64,000 nt of DNA from Eutreptiella sp. 'Long Island Sound 2002'. Its lineage: Eukaryota; Protista; Euglenida. Numbering within the stretch: the first letter of the stretch is position 1; each line of letters starts with the position of its first letter. The notes beneath the pieces were generated by a model that made no database searches, had not been told where the DNA came from, and saw only the letters and a list, made by a program, of their open reading frames with translations. Of this stretch, positions 10,028 to 22,429 are shown piece after piece. The translations under genes and the position numbers were made by a program. The stretch is taken from the NCBI GenBank assembly GCA_964036045.1, contig OZ038379.1, positions 20,088,001 to 20,152,000 of the forward strand. The letters are read 5' to 3'.

Positions 10028-10399
10028 CAACTGTTATAATCTTGCTGCCAGAAAGGTACAAACAGATCCACAGGACTTATTTTATTTTGTGCAAACAATT
10101 TAATGTTTGCACCGGAGGTTGTCTTCTGCCTCTTCTAAGCTCAAGGCACGTCGGCCGCCTCCCCGCACAAGCCAGGAAGACCATGGACAATGGGCAGGCG
10201 GGCAGTGGCCAAAAGAGGTGAGGCGATGGCCGGAGTACTTTACGAAAGTCCATGCTTGGTCCAGAAACCCCAGAATTTGGTCCCTCCTTTCGAAAGCGCA
10301 CCCAACACTACTTTCCCCAATTTCTGGCTGAGATTTCATTGAACCCGAGTCGTCAGTGGCAGCGGTCGCAAGCATGCATCTGCAGAGGTCGTAAGGTGA

Positions 10400-13300
10400 A
10401 CAAGCCCCCCATGAGACCTTCCCTGAGCTTACCTTGAGTGGGTTTATCCCCCCTCCGCCGCACCACTGAGAAGGGGTGCATCACAATCACCGATCCTGAA
10501 TGACGAGCACGGCGATATAGGGCGCGAACCACGGGGCACTATCCTCTGCTTTGTCCCCCTGCGCACGATGGGAGAGCCTCCACTGTAAACCCTGTGGCCC
10601 CTGTGATCAGGATTATGCCCCGCAGAACTGACGACAGGGCGTTGGGGTGGGGCTCCGGGTCTGTCAGAAACCGTCTGATAAGGCAGGTCGTGCCCCCGTG
10701 CGGTCGCCTGCCCGTCCCCCGGTGGCGCATTTCCCGTGTCGTGTGCTCCGTGGGTGGGACAGGGCGTCACACCAATCAACCAACCGCAGTGTCTCGGGAT
10801 GGGGCTCTGGGAATTCATATGGATAGCGTGGGACCACACGACACAGTGGTGTGTAACGCAGGCACACCCCAAGGCAGCACGGCACGACGGAGAGGTGATG
10901 TAGGGGGGTTTGGCAGAGCGGAAAGAACACCTAATAAACAGGGATTGGGTTGGGGCCTGCAGTGAAATGGCGCTCGTGATTTGTCCTTCCACCTCAGCAG
11001 ACCAGGGGAGGAGCTTTGCGGTATGCGGCCTTGGGTCCAGACTCCAGTGCCGGCTCCATTCGATTAAGGGGCGGAGCTCTGTGGGGGTGTTGACAGGAAG
11101 CCCGGCCAGACTGCCTGATCCCATGAGCATCCCAGTGTTTTTGGTTAGGGCCTGATCCTTGACTCCGGCTTCCCGAGTGCCTTGTGGAGCTTTGCTCTGC
11201 TTGGCCACGCCTGTACAATACATATGTATAATTTTTTCCGACAGTTTGACGGGTCAAAACCAGGATGGATGTTTTTGCAGGCAGTGGCCCTCAAACTTGT
11301 GGGAACCTTCAGCCCTGGACCATTGTTTGACTGCCATGTGGAGTGCCCTCCAGGTGACGATTCTTTTTGGAGAGCCAGGCCAATTGCAGTCTGCAAACAC
11401 CCGCATTGGATTCTGCCTGCATTGCAATGCCCCATGTGGCGTAGTGTATGTACAGCTGTGGGTAGTGCTGTAGGGGTCACAAAAATGGTGTACCACAATG
11501 TGGGAGAATTGGCCTTTCACAGGGACGACATGTTTGTTCAAGAAACCGCCACTGTCAATCTTTCTCTGCAACGCAGTAATTTACTTGAATCCGTGGCATT
11601 CTGCAAAGCGGTGTCCATTTCTGACTTACACTTCAAACATACACTCAACACTTACTTCAGCACTCATAGACACACACACTTGCACACACAAAATTCGCTG
11701 ACACACAAGCAGCACTCACTCACGTCACAGAAGCTAGGTTATACGATGGGTGGCACAGCCCTTGTAACATACTGGCAACCTTCCTCATTTCGTCCTCTTT
11801 CTTCCCTTTGTACTTTACACCCCTCTTAATTGGAGACCAATTTTTCTCTTCAACTTCCACAACACAAGTGGGGACGTCAGCCCACGGAAAACTTGATGCG
11901 TTAAGAAGATTAAAAAAAAAAAGTGATCACGTCAAACTGCTACTATCAAATTACAGATGGATACAAAGAAAAGGAAGAGGTCCAGAGCAGGGCACGCATG
12001 CCTTAGACCATGCGGAGTGAGGGCATACGAGGGAGGGGACAGAGAGGCGATAAACACAACACACGCACTACGGTAGAGGAAGAAGGGCATGAACGAGTAA
12101 CAGGTATCTAGAGTTTGAGAAAGAGAGTTGGACGGAGATGTGCATAGACACATCAGAACGAGGTGCATGAGGTGCATGCATGAGGTCTATGTAGGATGCA
12201 GTGTCTGGCAACAGTTTCGTGGTCGAATGGCCTACCCTGATGGTCAATCAAACCACTGGAAATCTGAGGCCTGTTTTAATCAACACAAGAGACAGACCAG
12301 CATATAAAACCATTACGGACCGTGGCATGGCCAAGATTCCACTCCCTGAAAGGGGCTGAACTTAAGGACTGGTGGATGCACAAAAACAAAAGCAGTCCAA
12401 ACTGCTACAAGCAAGACTGCCACAGCTCCTGTCAGGTTTTGTTTGCTTTCTTGCTATCCTTGGGAGTTGTGTCAAAGTGTAACTTCTGGTCAAATGCTCA
12501 TCAAGGACTTTGAATGGGTGAGAGCAGGAACTATGGGGCCCCCCTGGCAATCTGATGCTGCATAAGTTGATAGCTTTTTCCACCCGATCCTTGCAAGAAA
12601 CGGGATTGTGATTTTTGTCGCATCCACTCCATACCTAAGGATTAGGTGGGCACAGACAGACAAACTGGTGCTAATTTGCCCACTAGGTGCAAAACTCTGT
12701 CATGTTCTAAATGGTCCACAGTGCCGAGAACCCAGATGGAACAATCATACAAACACTCAGCTCACATTGTTGGCCAGCTGGCAATGGTCCTGGAACTTTG
12801 CATTCAGGAAGCAAGTGCCAGGCTGGCATGAGCGGGCTCAAGCCCTCCCAACAAAGGGCCCAGACGGCCAGATACTGGAGTTGGTGCACTGCGTGCAATG
12901 CCGACACAATGAAACCTAGCCAGGGAGGAAGGGAGGAAACCCCGATGCATTTATGCAGGCGTCACAAGGGTCCTCATATACTTGGTGATTGGTGGCCGTG
13001 GCCAAGTGCAATCTGCTGTTGTGTGAGTGTGTTGGAAGATGGTGGCAGCCTTCTCGGGACATAGGCATTCTGCCTTGACCCCATTGGGGCCCAACTTGTA
13101 GCAATATGCAGCACTATGTGGGCCATTACTGATAAACCATGCTACTGATTCGCAATGATCTGAGAGCGCGGATGGAGGGTTCAAGTGCTGGTTCATAAAG
13201 AGAATCCACAAAGACATTGTTTCCTAGAGATAGCAAGGCAATGACCATGAGGGTTGGAATCCGCTTTGGAGTGTGTAACAACCCACCTGCCGATTTGTTG
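10400..13300. mobile_element. Decayed retroelement-like zone
   Basis: Broken ORFs with retrotransposon C-terminal-like Cys/His fragments. No intact domain was recognised. Confidence 0.25.
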
Positions 13301-13540
13301 CATTCTGAATGTACACAACATCCGGTGATTCCCCATCATCATAATCCACCATCCACCTAAAACAAAGAACATGCAACAAAACCGGGTAAAAATGGGCTGA
13401 AATGGCTGAAAATGGGTGAACATGGGTGGCAATTCAAATGTGCCACATCCTCGATGCACAAGAGGCGTAAACAATTCTATTATGGAACAACCAACTGGTG
13501 AAAAAAGGCCAAAACTAGGGTTCAAGTAGTTGCCGACATA

Positions 13541-14046
13541 CCCCCCCCCCTTGTTGTTCCCCACCCCTTGTCGTTCCCCGGGGGGGGGGGGGGGGACCGT
13601 CACTTGGTCAACCCAAAATTTTCGTTGCGGCTCATTGTGTTGTTGTGTGGGTGACTGTGTTGTGGGGCACTACCACTTGCATCCCTTGCACTCATGGCAG
13701 GGAATTTTGCTCACTTTCGCTGAAATGGAACTTGATAGCACAACCATGTTTCCCCCTGGGACAAGTGGTGAGCATGTGGAAGAGTTCACGGTGAAGTGGA
13801 GCAGGACCGAGAAATTTTACACCGAGCCGGTCAAGGAGTAGGTCTCCGTACATTGGCAGCCCTTTGAACACATCCTATGTTGAATTCTTTCGTTTTATTT
13901 TGCAATTTTTGTGCCTGCAAATGTGCGTGTACGGTGGGGTGTGGTCCCCCAGGGGGGGGTGGGGGACCGTCACTTGGTGACCATCCCCCAGGGGGTGGTG
14001 GGGGACCGTCTTCCCTGGGTTGGGGAACGACAAGGGGGGGGGAGGG
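13541..14046. mobile_element. TA-flanked MITE-like element with C-run terminal inverted repeats
   Basis: Left end TA|CCCCCCCCCCTTGTTGTTCCCCACCC; right end GGGTTGGGGAACGACAAGGGGGGGGGAGGG|TA. The internal direct repeat GGACCGTCACTTGGT lies near both ends (13594, 13964). Confidence 0.7.
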
Positions 14047-14718
14047 TACAAAAGTTTGCACTGCGTGCGCACTGCGGGCGCACTACGTGCACGGCATTCC
14101 CCTTGGCCTGGTGTCTTGGTCCTTGAGTCCCAGGTTTGTCACATTCCGTGGTGCTGCCTTTGTTCAGTGGTGACTTTCCTCGAAACCCCTCGCCATCCCC
14201 TTGTGCAAGCTAACAGCACTTCTATCTCGGTATTAATGTGCAGCCTGATTTGATTCGGTAATACCTGTGATGCCGCGCACAAGGGTTGGGCTTATGGATT
14301 GTAGGCTTGCACAGCAAGCATCTCACACTACCGCGAAGCGGAGGCCTCTCTCCCGGAAAGCACAACACCACAGAAGCAATGCAAGCGTTTTTGCCGGTTG
14401 CTCTGCACTTTTTGGGTTGATCCCCCCTCACATCTTGAATATCAATGTTCAATGACCATCAGTCGAGAGAACATTCGGCATTCTTAGTCTTTCGGGAGAC
14501 AGCCGATGGCACATTCTGCTTGAGCTTGAGCGGTTCAGTGGACTGATTCCGGCCACGTTTTGGGTGACCATAGCACCAAATGCCTTCGCTGGTACGTACG
14601 CAGCCTTTGCATTGGGAGATTTTGTCAACCATTGTCAGCCATTGTCAACCACGAGCCTTCACTGTGCTCACTCATCGCTGCATCACTCACTTTTGTCAGC
14701 GGTCGATCCCCTACGACC

Positions 14719-15105
14719 ATGTACATCTCCAGCCTCATCGCTCGGCAGTGGCCGCAGACGTTGCGACGATCCCTTCTGCGTTGTTCTGCGCGCATCCACC
14801 AGCCCACAGACTGCAGGCACAAACGAACGGCTGCCGTTGCTGCAACACAGCACAGTGCATGTCCATGGCCTTCCACGTTGCGGTCCACCCATGTCCGGCC
14901 CTTGAGCACAAGATCAGGCGCCCAGGGGCAGTACCACGAGGTGCTCAAGAAGTGTCCGCCCGACGAACCCGCATTCAAGGCAGTCGTGACCCAACTGCTC
15001 GAGCAGCAGACACAGTTTGAGGATTGGCTGGTGCAGCTGCGCAGCAGTGGTGGTGCGAGTGAAGGCAATCCAGCGCTTGTGGATGAAGTCGCGTGCGCTT
15101 TACAG
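14719..15105 (+). CDS. Exon 1 of hypothetical protein with mitochondrial-type presequence
   Basis: The ATG is preceded by pyrimidine tract + CAG (14697-99). The N-terminus MYISSLIARQWPQTLRRSLLRCSARIHQ is Arg-rich and acid-poor, followed by a helical region. Donor TTACAG|GTACAG is phase 0. Confidence 0.6.
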
Positions 15106-15747
15106 GTACAGGGCTCTGCCGGTTCCCTGCATGTTGTACTTACCCCCCGCCCTCCGTGTCAGCGCAACAGTAGGTGTTGTTTCCGGCAACTTTTGGAACT
15201 GAGTTGTTGCTCTCGCAAGGGGAGGGGGCGGGGGTACAACATCATCCCAAGAGACTATGTCGTGATTGTTGTGGCATAGCGCTGTTGCCCTGAAAGCCGG
15301 AAGGGGCAGGCTCCCATCGGGGTTTGACATGCTGCGTTTAGTCTGCTTCGCTGGGTCACACTTTGTGGTTCGTTGTGTCTCAAGTGTGCTCTCCGCGCTC
15401 TCTTCCTCGTGCTCCGTACAACGCCGCAGTGCTATGGTCTCTTGTAGAGTGAGACAGTCGCAAAGGAAACGCAGCGCATTGGCTGCGAGCGGGCAGTGTG
15501 CCACAGGTGTTCAGTGTTTTAGTACTGCCCTACCTCAGTCAGGGGGTTTCGCAGCTTCTCCCGGAGATGGAGAGGACGGGGCTTTTCATCTGCCCCCACC
15601 CGGGCAGTGTTGTTCGGACGTAATTGTGTTCAAGACCCCAAGATCGCCTTCGTTTCCTTCTCATCGCCGTCGATTCCCCTGCAAAAGAGAATCCCGTCGC
15701 TCCAGAGGTCGATCGAGACTACGTGAGGCTTGTACCGATGGATGCAG

Positions 15748-15864
15748 GTTGAACGATTCGAAGGTGCCACTCGACTAGCGGCGCCGGGAGTAAAGCCGCG
15801 GCCTCCAAACACTCCCCAAGACCCCGTGGTCGAGGGTTCGCACACGGGGGTCCGACACCGACGG
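15748..15864 (+). CDS. Possible exon 2 of the 14719-16940 gene
   Basis: Acceptor GATGCAG|GTT is phase 0 and encodes VERFEGATRLAAPGVKPRPPNTPQDPVVEGSHTGVRHRR. Phase-0 donors exist at 15865 (GTGGCA) or 15883 (GTGCGT). The exon could also be absent, since exons 1 and 3 join in phase. Confidence 0.35.
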
Positions 15865-16214
15865 GTGGCATCACGCCCGGTCGTGCGTGAGCGTGCTTGG
15901 CGAGTGGTCCTCAGGAATAGGGCCCATGCCCCGGAATTCCCTTCGACTGCCGGGCCCCAAGCAACGCACGCTGGGGGTTGTTATTTCGACCGTTCAGCAC
16001 CGCCCTGACCACCATCCCCCGCCCTGTGTCCCTTGTGATAGAGCCAGAAGGGGCCCGAGGTTGGGAGAACAGGGATGGGGCTACGTAACCACGCGGCAGT
16101 CTGGAGGCGTGACGCATGGCGACGTGCCGGTTTGTACCATCAGCCATTTGGGATGGGGCTGTCGAAAGCCGATGCACGTTGCCGCTGTCTTGATGGCGAC
16201 CTCTGGACAACATG

Positions 16215-16525
16215 CCCTTGGGGGGCGTACCGTGCGCTGTGCGCGCGCTGTGCGAAAAGTTGGCTGTTCTCCACCACCGGGAGTTCGATAAGTTCAGAAG
16301 ATTGAAAGGACGTCATTGAATGGCTGCTGCAGTGGACGGGGCTATAGGGGGCAGAATTTAGGTCCCTGGGACCCATGGCAAGCATCAGATGTTTGAATTG
16401 TTGAGTTTTGAATTGATTGTGCATGATTCCGCAGGTGGGTGGTTTTCAGGGTTGTTACCTGGATAGTCACCGTAATAATTGGCGCTGTGCCCGCGCTGTG
16501 CCCGCGCTGTGCGAAAACGCCCCCT
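16215..16525 (+). repeat. Intronic dispersed repeat (copy of 5920-6150)
   Basis: Direct sequence identity blocks with 5920-6150. Confidence 0.85.
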
Positions 16526-16640
16526 TGGGAGGTATGGCAAGGGACGCAAGAACGGCGGTGATGCTTCACTATCACCTCCGGCTCCGCCCCGTAACCCCCC
16601 GACTGCACCCTCTCCCATGCCCTGTCCCGTGCGCCCTCAG

Positions 16641-16940
16641 GAACGTGAGCGCCACCCGCTGCTGACGGATGACGCCAGAAGCGCGATTCAAATGGAGTTG
16701 TACAGACGGCGCGGCCTCGCCTACGACGAGGCGATCCGGTTATACTGCGTCCTGCGCGATGCCACAGAGGAGGCCGCCGAGGGGTACGCGCAGCAGGCCA
16801 AGTACACCCGAGAGCCCAAGCTGCTTGGCGTGCTCCAGAGCATGGCTGCCACGCAGGAGCGGTGGTGCGGGGAGATCAAAGACTTGTTGGACTATATGGA
16901 CGAGGAGGCTGACGAGAGGGAGGAAAGTGAACAGGTCTAG
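16641..16940 (+). CDS. Terminal exon encoding a ferritin-like helix pair (DUF2383-like, tentative)
   Basis: Acceptor CCCTCAG|GAA is phase 0 and codons are GC3-rich. LYCVLRDATEEAAEGYAQQAKYTREPKLLGVLQSMAATQERWCGEIKDLL resembles ferritin-like helices 1-2. Stop TAG at 16938-40. Confidence 0.6.
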   Translation, partial: ERERHPLLTDDARSAIQMELYRRRGLAYDEAIRLYCVLRDATEEAAEGYAQQAKYTREPKLLGVLQSMAATQERWCGEIKDLLDYMDEEADEREESEQV

Positions 16941-19464
16941 CAGCCTCGACGGAATGGGCGCGCTGGAGGTTCGCTGGCACCCAAGGGAGCGGACCCAGAG
17001 CGGGCTGTTGGGGGCGGTTGGGAAGGAGCGGTTGCTGTCGGTTACGGTTAAAGTTGGGGGTGCAGTTCAGTGAATGGAAGGATCGGGTGTGTCGTGGGCT
17101 CGGACTGCACAAGGGATCCCCCCCCCAGCCCACCCCTCGCTCCTCCACTTTTCAAGGGCGAGTTGGGGCTGGGGCGGGTTTCTTTCGCCACAGCGCGTAT
17201 GTTACCCATGCGGAATACCCCAGTCCTGCGTCAGGCCCCATCACAAACGGAGTGTAACAGGCGGTAAAACCACTACCACCAGCACCTATAATATATGTGT
17301 GGGGAGCACGTCAGAGTCGCTGCCCTAAACATCAGGAAACACTGTCACATGCCGGCGCATCGGGGTAGGTGCTCACCCGCCACAACGGTGCACATGGTTC
17401 AGCGATCACGTTCGAACTGATGCAGTGCGAATGATGACCTATAACCCCCAACCCCCGCCGCCCCCTGGGGCACTGCAGTGAGCCAGGGAGAGCCCGGGGG
17501 CTCTGGGTCTCCATTGGCACGGCCAACAGAGGAAAAGGAAGGGGGGTGTAGGGATGTAAGGATAGGCAAGACCAGGAGAACAAGGGCACTGGGTGGTGAG
17601 TAGCCAACGGGCACCGCTGCCTGCGGAGGCATAGGACAAGGGTAAGTGGCGAGAGGCCAATGGGCGCCACTGCTTCAGACAGCACTCCACCCAGGCGTCA
17701 TGCCAAGCCCCCCCCCTTCAGAAGTCCAGGGGCCTGTAACCCTCCGGGCTGACCCAGGCCTCGAGGAACAACAACTGTTTGGACAAAGATGTTCAGCACC
17801 AGCACAGCACATCATGTGTGAGCCCCTCCTCTTTGTCAACTTGTTGAGCCTCTTCCGCGGGCACATGGCAATGGCTCTTCCATGGGAATGGGACGAGAGA
17901 GACAAGACAAGACACTGAAGGCGGTGCACTGGGCATGTGGCGCCAAGCGCCGAAGAGACCTTTGGGGCCTGGACCTACCCCCCTACGCTCCACATGCATC
18001 TCGGGTCCTATACACCCCCCCCCCCCAATGGGGGCTGGGGTGCGAAAGTAGTACGTCCACGTGCCGTGCGGCTGTGGCTGCGGGAAGAGCGGTCCCATGG
18101 ATTGGCTCGACTCAAGACCACCCGCACGCGCGAGCCACCGTGGCGTCTACGCTCCTGACTGAAGGCAGCGACACCATCCCTTTGAATGAAGCGAATCGCC
18201 CCGCCTCTGGCGTTGTATCGCCCGGGGGATGTAAGGGTCACGGCATGACTTTTGGTGGAGGGGTGCGGTGTTTGGTCTTTTTTTTTTTCGGGGGGGGAGG
18301 GGGGGGCAGTCCGATGACAAAACAAGGGCGTGGCGCGGTCGTGAGCCGTTTGGCCAAGTGTAGGTCTGGGGGTATGAAGTGGGGTCCCAATGGGAGATTG
18401 CTGCCGGTGTTGCGGCAGACCGGTATCGCACTCGGAATCGTCATCGGGGGTGTCCAGCCGCTCACCCTCCCGCGGGTACCCCGGGGGGGGGGGGGGCTTG
18501 ACAGAGCTCGCCAAGAGGCGAGATTAAGACTGCCCCAAGTCGCCCTGGCGAGGCGACAAGCTGGGACCAGGCACTCCAGTTTCCCCCATAAACAAAAGGG
18601 GAAGGGCTGAGGGCGTGGACCGGCTCGCCACGGGCTGCAAGGCGGCCCAAGCGAAACGTTTGTATCCCCCGATCCCCCCATCAAAACGAGCAGCATCAGT
18701 GTGTCGCGGGGGTCTACCAGTACAGCCAGGGCTCCGTTGTCCGGATGTTTAATGTCTCCCGGGCCGCCGATCCTCCTCCTGTCGCCCTGAGGCATGACGC
18801 ATGGATTGTTGGCGGGCCGATGGAGTCATGTAAGAGAGCCTCCGGGCGGACCCAGTCGCTGGTAACGGCCAATGCCTCTTCCGATTGTGGCTTTGCGTCT
18901 CTCCTCCGCCTCCCTAATCATTGGCAGCGTACCCTCGGGTGCGCGCCACTCGTCTTTTCCTCCTCCACCTTTTCGACCGATAGTTGGTGGGTGGGTCGCA
19001 GCGGAATCGGTCCGCGCCCCCCCCTGCTTTCTTTACCCCAATGCTGCACAGCTTCACCCTCCAGACTGCCCTGGCTTTGTCGAGCTTACAAAGCGGAAGG
19101 AACCCAGTGTCTCAGCATTGACCGGCTTGGGCAAGAGAAGAGCTGCAGACCGGGGCCCCTCGACATCTGCTGTGCAGATTGTGCAATGATGATTCTGCAT
19201 TCCGCACCAGGGCTGTGCCCCAACCACACAAAGCGATTGACTTGGCTGGTGGCCCCCGTGTATGTGCCTGGCCGTTGGCCTCAGATTGCGTGTGTTTTCA
19301 TGCCTCCGCGACCCACATTTGCTCGCATGCAACCACGTGCCGGACAATCCATGCAGCGTCCAGCGCTGGATTCGTGCCGGATTCTGCATGCGATTACAGA
19401 TGTTGACCCCTCAGGGGAGAGCTCGATAAACGATGTCCGCTGCCAACCATCCGGTCTGCCTGCC

Positions 19465-19610
19465 ACCACAACACCACCCTTCCTCACCACGTCCTCACTG
19501 CATCATTGGCGTTCCTCACCGCATCCTCACCACATCCTCAACACAGCATCACCCTCCCCCACCACGTCCTCACTGCATCATCACCCTTCCTCACCGTACT
19601 CTCACCGTAC
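19465..19610 (+). repeat. Low-complexity CCTCACC/CATC tandem array
   Basis: Repeated CCTCACCACGTCCTCACTGCATCA-like units. Confidence 0.6.
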
Positions 19611-20269
19611 CACGGGTGGTGGGGTGGGTGTGCGGTGGGATTAGGTTGCAGGGTCTGGGGCACAATCCCGCCCTCGTCTCCCCCAGCTCTTCAGTACCAA
19701 TCCCCTGACAAACCATATCAGGCTCAAGGGCACACTTCGCAGCGCTGGAAACCCAAAAGCTCCGGGTGCAGTCTACCCCACCTTTTGGAGGAACAGTCTG
19801 GGCTGCGACGCATCAGTGGCACAGGGTGTTGTTTTGCACCATTGGCACGATATCGGGATATCCAAGCGGTTGTTTGCCTGCAAGCCTTGGGGGAGGACCA
19901 AGTGGAGTAGTTGACGATTTTATTCACTGGCGTTACTTTTTGCGGCATTTTTGGCCCACGATGGCTTTATTCTCTTGCACTAACCGCGCATGGCTGGCAA
20001 TTGCGGGCAGTGCTTGACACGACATCTGCCGATGCTGGTACTTGACCGATGGTGGTGGGCATTTAAGAAGTGGGTTGTGACGATTCAGGCGAGGTGCATT
20101 TCGACCGCCCCCCCCCCCCCCCCTCATGCTTGTTTGGACCGCTGCTGCGGTCCTCGGTCAGACATCTTGATGCAAGAGCAGTCCAAGTGCCCGAGTATTT
20201 AGTCTGAATGGATACATCAATTGGGGTGCCAAAAGTGCAATGTCAATTCCGCTGGACTTACAAGGGGTC

Positions 20270-20910
20270 ATTGAGCTCGTAATTGTCCCCAGGCCCAGTG
20301 CGGCCAAAAATGCGGGGATTCAAGGATACCTTCAGAAACCTTAGAACATCGTGCATTCGGACTGTGGGGGAATGCGTCTGGTGCGGAAAATTCAAGCACG
20401 GCAAACCCGGGGCAGCCATTAGTTTCACAGGTTTTGGGCAGAGATTTGCTCATGCACATTACTTATGTACGTTGTGCGATGCTGACGCATGTTGTGACAG
20501 GTCGTTCCAAAATGTGGGTTCACGGTATCACAGTAAATTAGACTGCAGAGCCACCATGGGAGGGGTATGTGCCTACTCGTCCAACAGATGGTGAAGATAT
20601 TTTTAAGGACATTTTGATGGTCCAACATTTCGGACTCTGGATGATTTGGTAGGAACTGTTTTAGATGTACATGACACTGTCTCGACATTCCGCCTGTGGG
20701 GCTCTTTTCATGCCTGGCGAAAATGGGGCCATTTCCTGGTGAATTAGTCCAGCGCACATTGCATATGGGCCCCCTGCAGTAATCGGTGTTTTCTTTTTTG
20801 TAGAAGAGGAGTCCGGCAGTCTTTGTACATTTGATGACGGCACTCCCACCTCCATTGGCCCTTGTAGTTGCACACGCATGCTTGGTTTTGGTGGTAGGTA
20901 GCATGGACAT
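20270..20910 (-). pseudogene. Possible Harbinger-like transposase relic
   Basis: The minus-strand fragment FPHSPNARCSKVSEGILE resembles the FN..HS.AR..VE..FG.LK motif. Very degenerate. Confidence 0.25.
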
Positions 20911-21334
20911 TTGTCAAAGTCACCAAAACAAAAACGGGCATTGTGTGTGTGCTGTGCGCATGCCGTGTGGAACCCCCCCCCCCCATTGTCACACTATCTA
21001 TCCATATCCATATCCATATACATTTTCAGGAAATTTCCTCAAAAGTGTGGTGTCATTCCTTTCAGTCCAGCATATACAAGCGGGAAAAAAAGCAGGCAAT
21101 AGACTTGCTGTTCTCCCCCATCCGAAAACAATCGTCGCTGCCAGCCGCTCAGCAAGCTTCTTTGTCACCTGCCAACCCAAATGCTGCATGGGATGATGGG
21201 TGGAAAACATGTGGAATAGCAGGTTGTGCGTTCAAACACACCCAGAGTTCCGTGCACAACACCCGGTACTGGGGTGACCAGGGGGGTCCTTAAGGGACTA
21301 GATTTTTTTTTGTTAACGACCGCCCAAGTGACCA

Positions 21335-21530
21335 TCAACCGCCAACCACCAACCACCACCAACCACCAACCGCCGCCAACCGCCAGCGGCGACCAACCGC
21401 CAACCGCCAACCGCCAACCTCTGCCAACCACCAGCCCCCAACCACGAACCGCCGCCAACCACCACCAACCGCCACCAACCGCCACCAACTGCCAGTCGCC
21501 AACTGCCAACCGCCCACCGGCCACCGCCAA
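21335..21530 (+). repeat. (CCAACCG/CCAACCA)n-like minisatellite within a dispersed element
   Basis: Many tandem CCAACCGCCA/CCAACCACCA units, flanked by GTTAACGACCGCCC and GTTAAGGACCGCCC. Confidence 0.8.
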
Positions 21531-22429
21531 CACATGGTGTGCCCGTGGGCTTTTTTGGGAAAACTGTGTACAGCAACACCTTTTTTTTCCTGTTAAGGAC
21601 CGCCCTGGGGGTGACTCACCAGAACCACCACACTGTCACTATTTCATGCCGTCACACGTTGCAGACCGTGTCATTCTACACTGTCAGCGCTATCACTCAA
21701 TTGCCAGCGAAGCCACACCCAAGGTCACTGCAAACAAACAGCTGACTCTCATCTGCCATGGCTACATTTTGGGTCACACTAGTTTGGTTCAAGCCCCAGT
21801 GTATGTGGGCCAAGAGGGAGAAATCTATGCGACTGGTGGATGAGCGGAAAATCGGGCAAGGGGGGTTTCGTTGCCCCCTCGTTCCCTCGTTCGACCCCCA
21901 ATTTTTCCTCGTCCCTTGCCACCCCCCGTTTTTCCATGCATGCAATCCTTGTTTAGATTTGACTGTCTAAGTGCACTTTGACGAAGTTGGAGAAACGTTA
22001 TTGCAACCCTCTCTCCTTACATCCAGAAAGCAGCAACAAGCCGGCAGCACCTGGCAACAAGCAACACATCGTGCGCCCACTTTGCTCCATCTAACGCTTT
22101 GGGCTTACGACCCCCTAGGTGGGGGCCACCCCCGGAAAAAAAATACCTCGCGGTATAAAAAAAATCCCCACCCTGGTGTCACACGAGGGTAGAAAAAAGA
22201 TGAAAGAATGTAAAGAAATTGCTTCTTTTTGGTCTCAAGGCAAGCCACTCATGTGACACTCATAAAAAATTGGATTGGAAATGTATTATGTTGATTGAGT
22301 GTTCGCGCAAAGGGTATGTTTTTGTTAGTGTTAGTGCGAGGGTATGATGTAGCCACTATGCCCACATATGAGTCCCCTAGACGGCATCCTTTAGGTAGCC
22401 TTTTTTTATTTCCTCCCCACACTGGGCGT

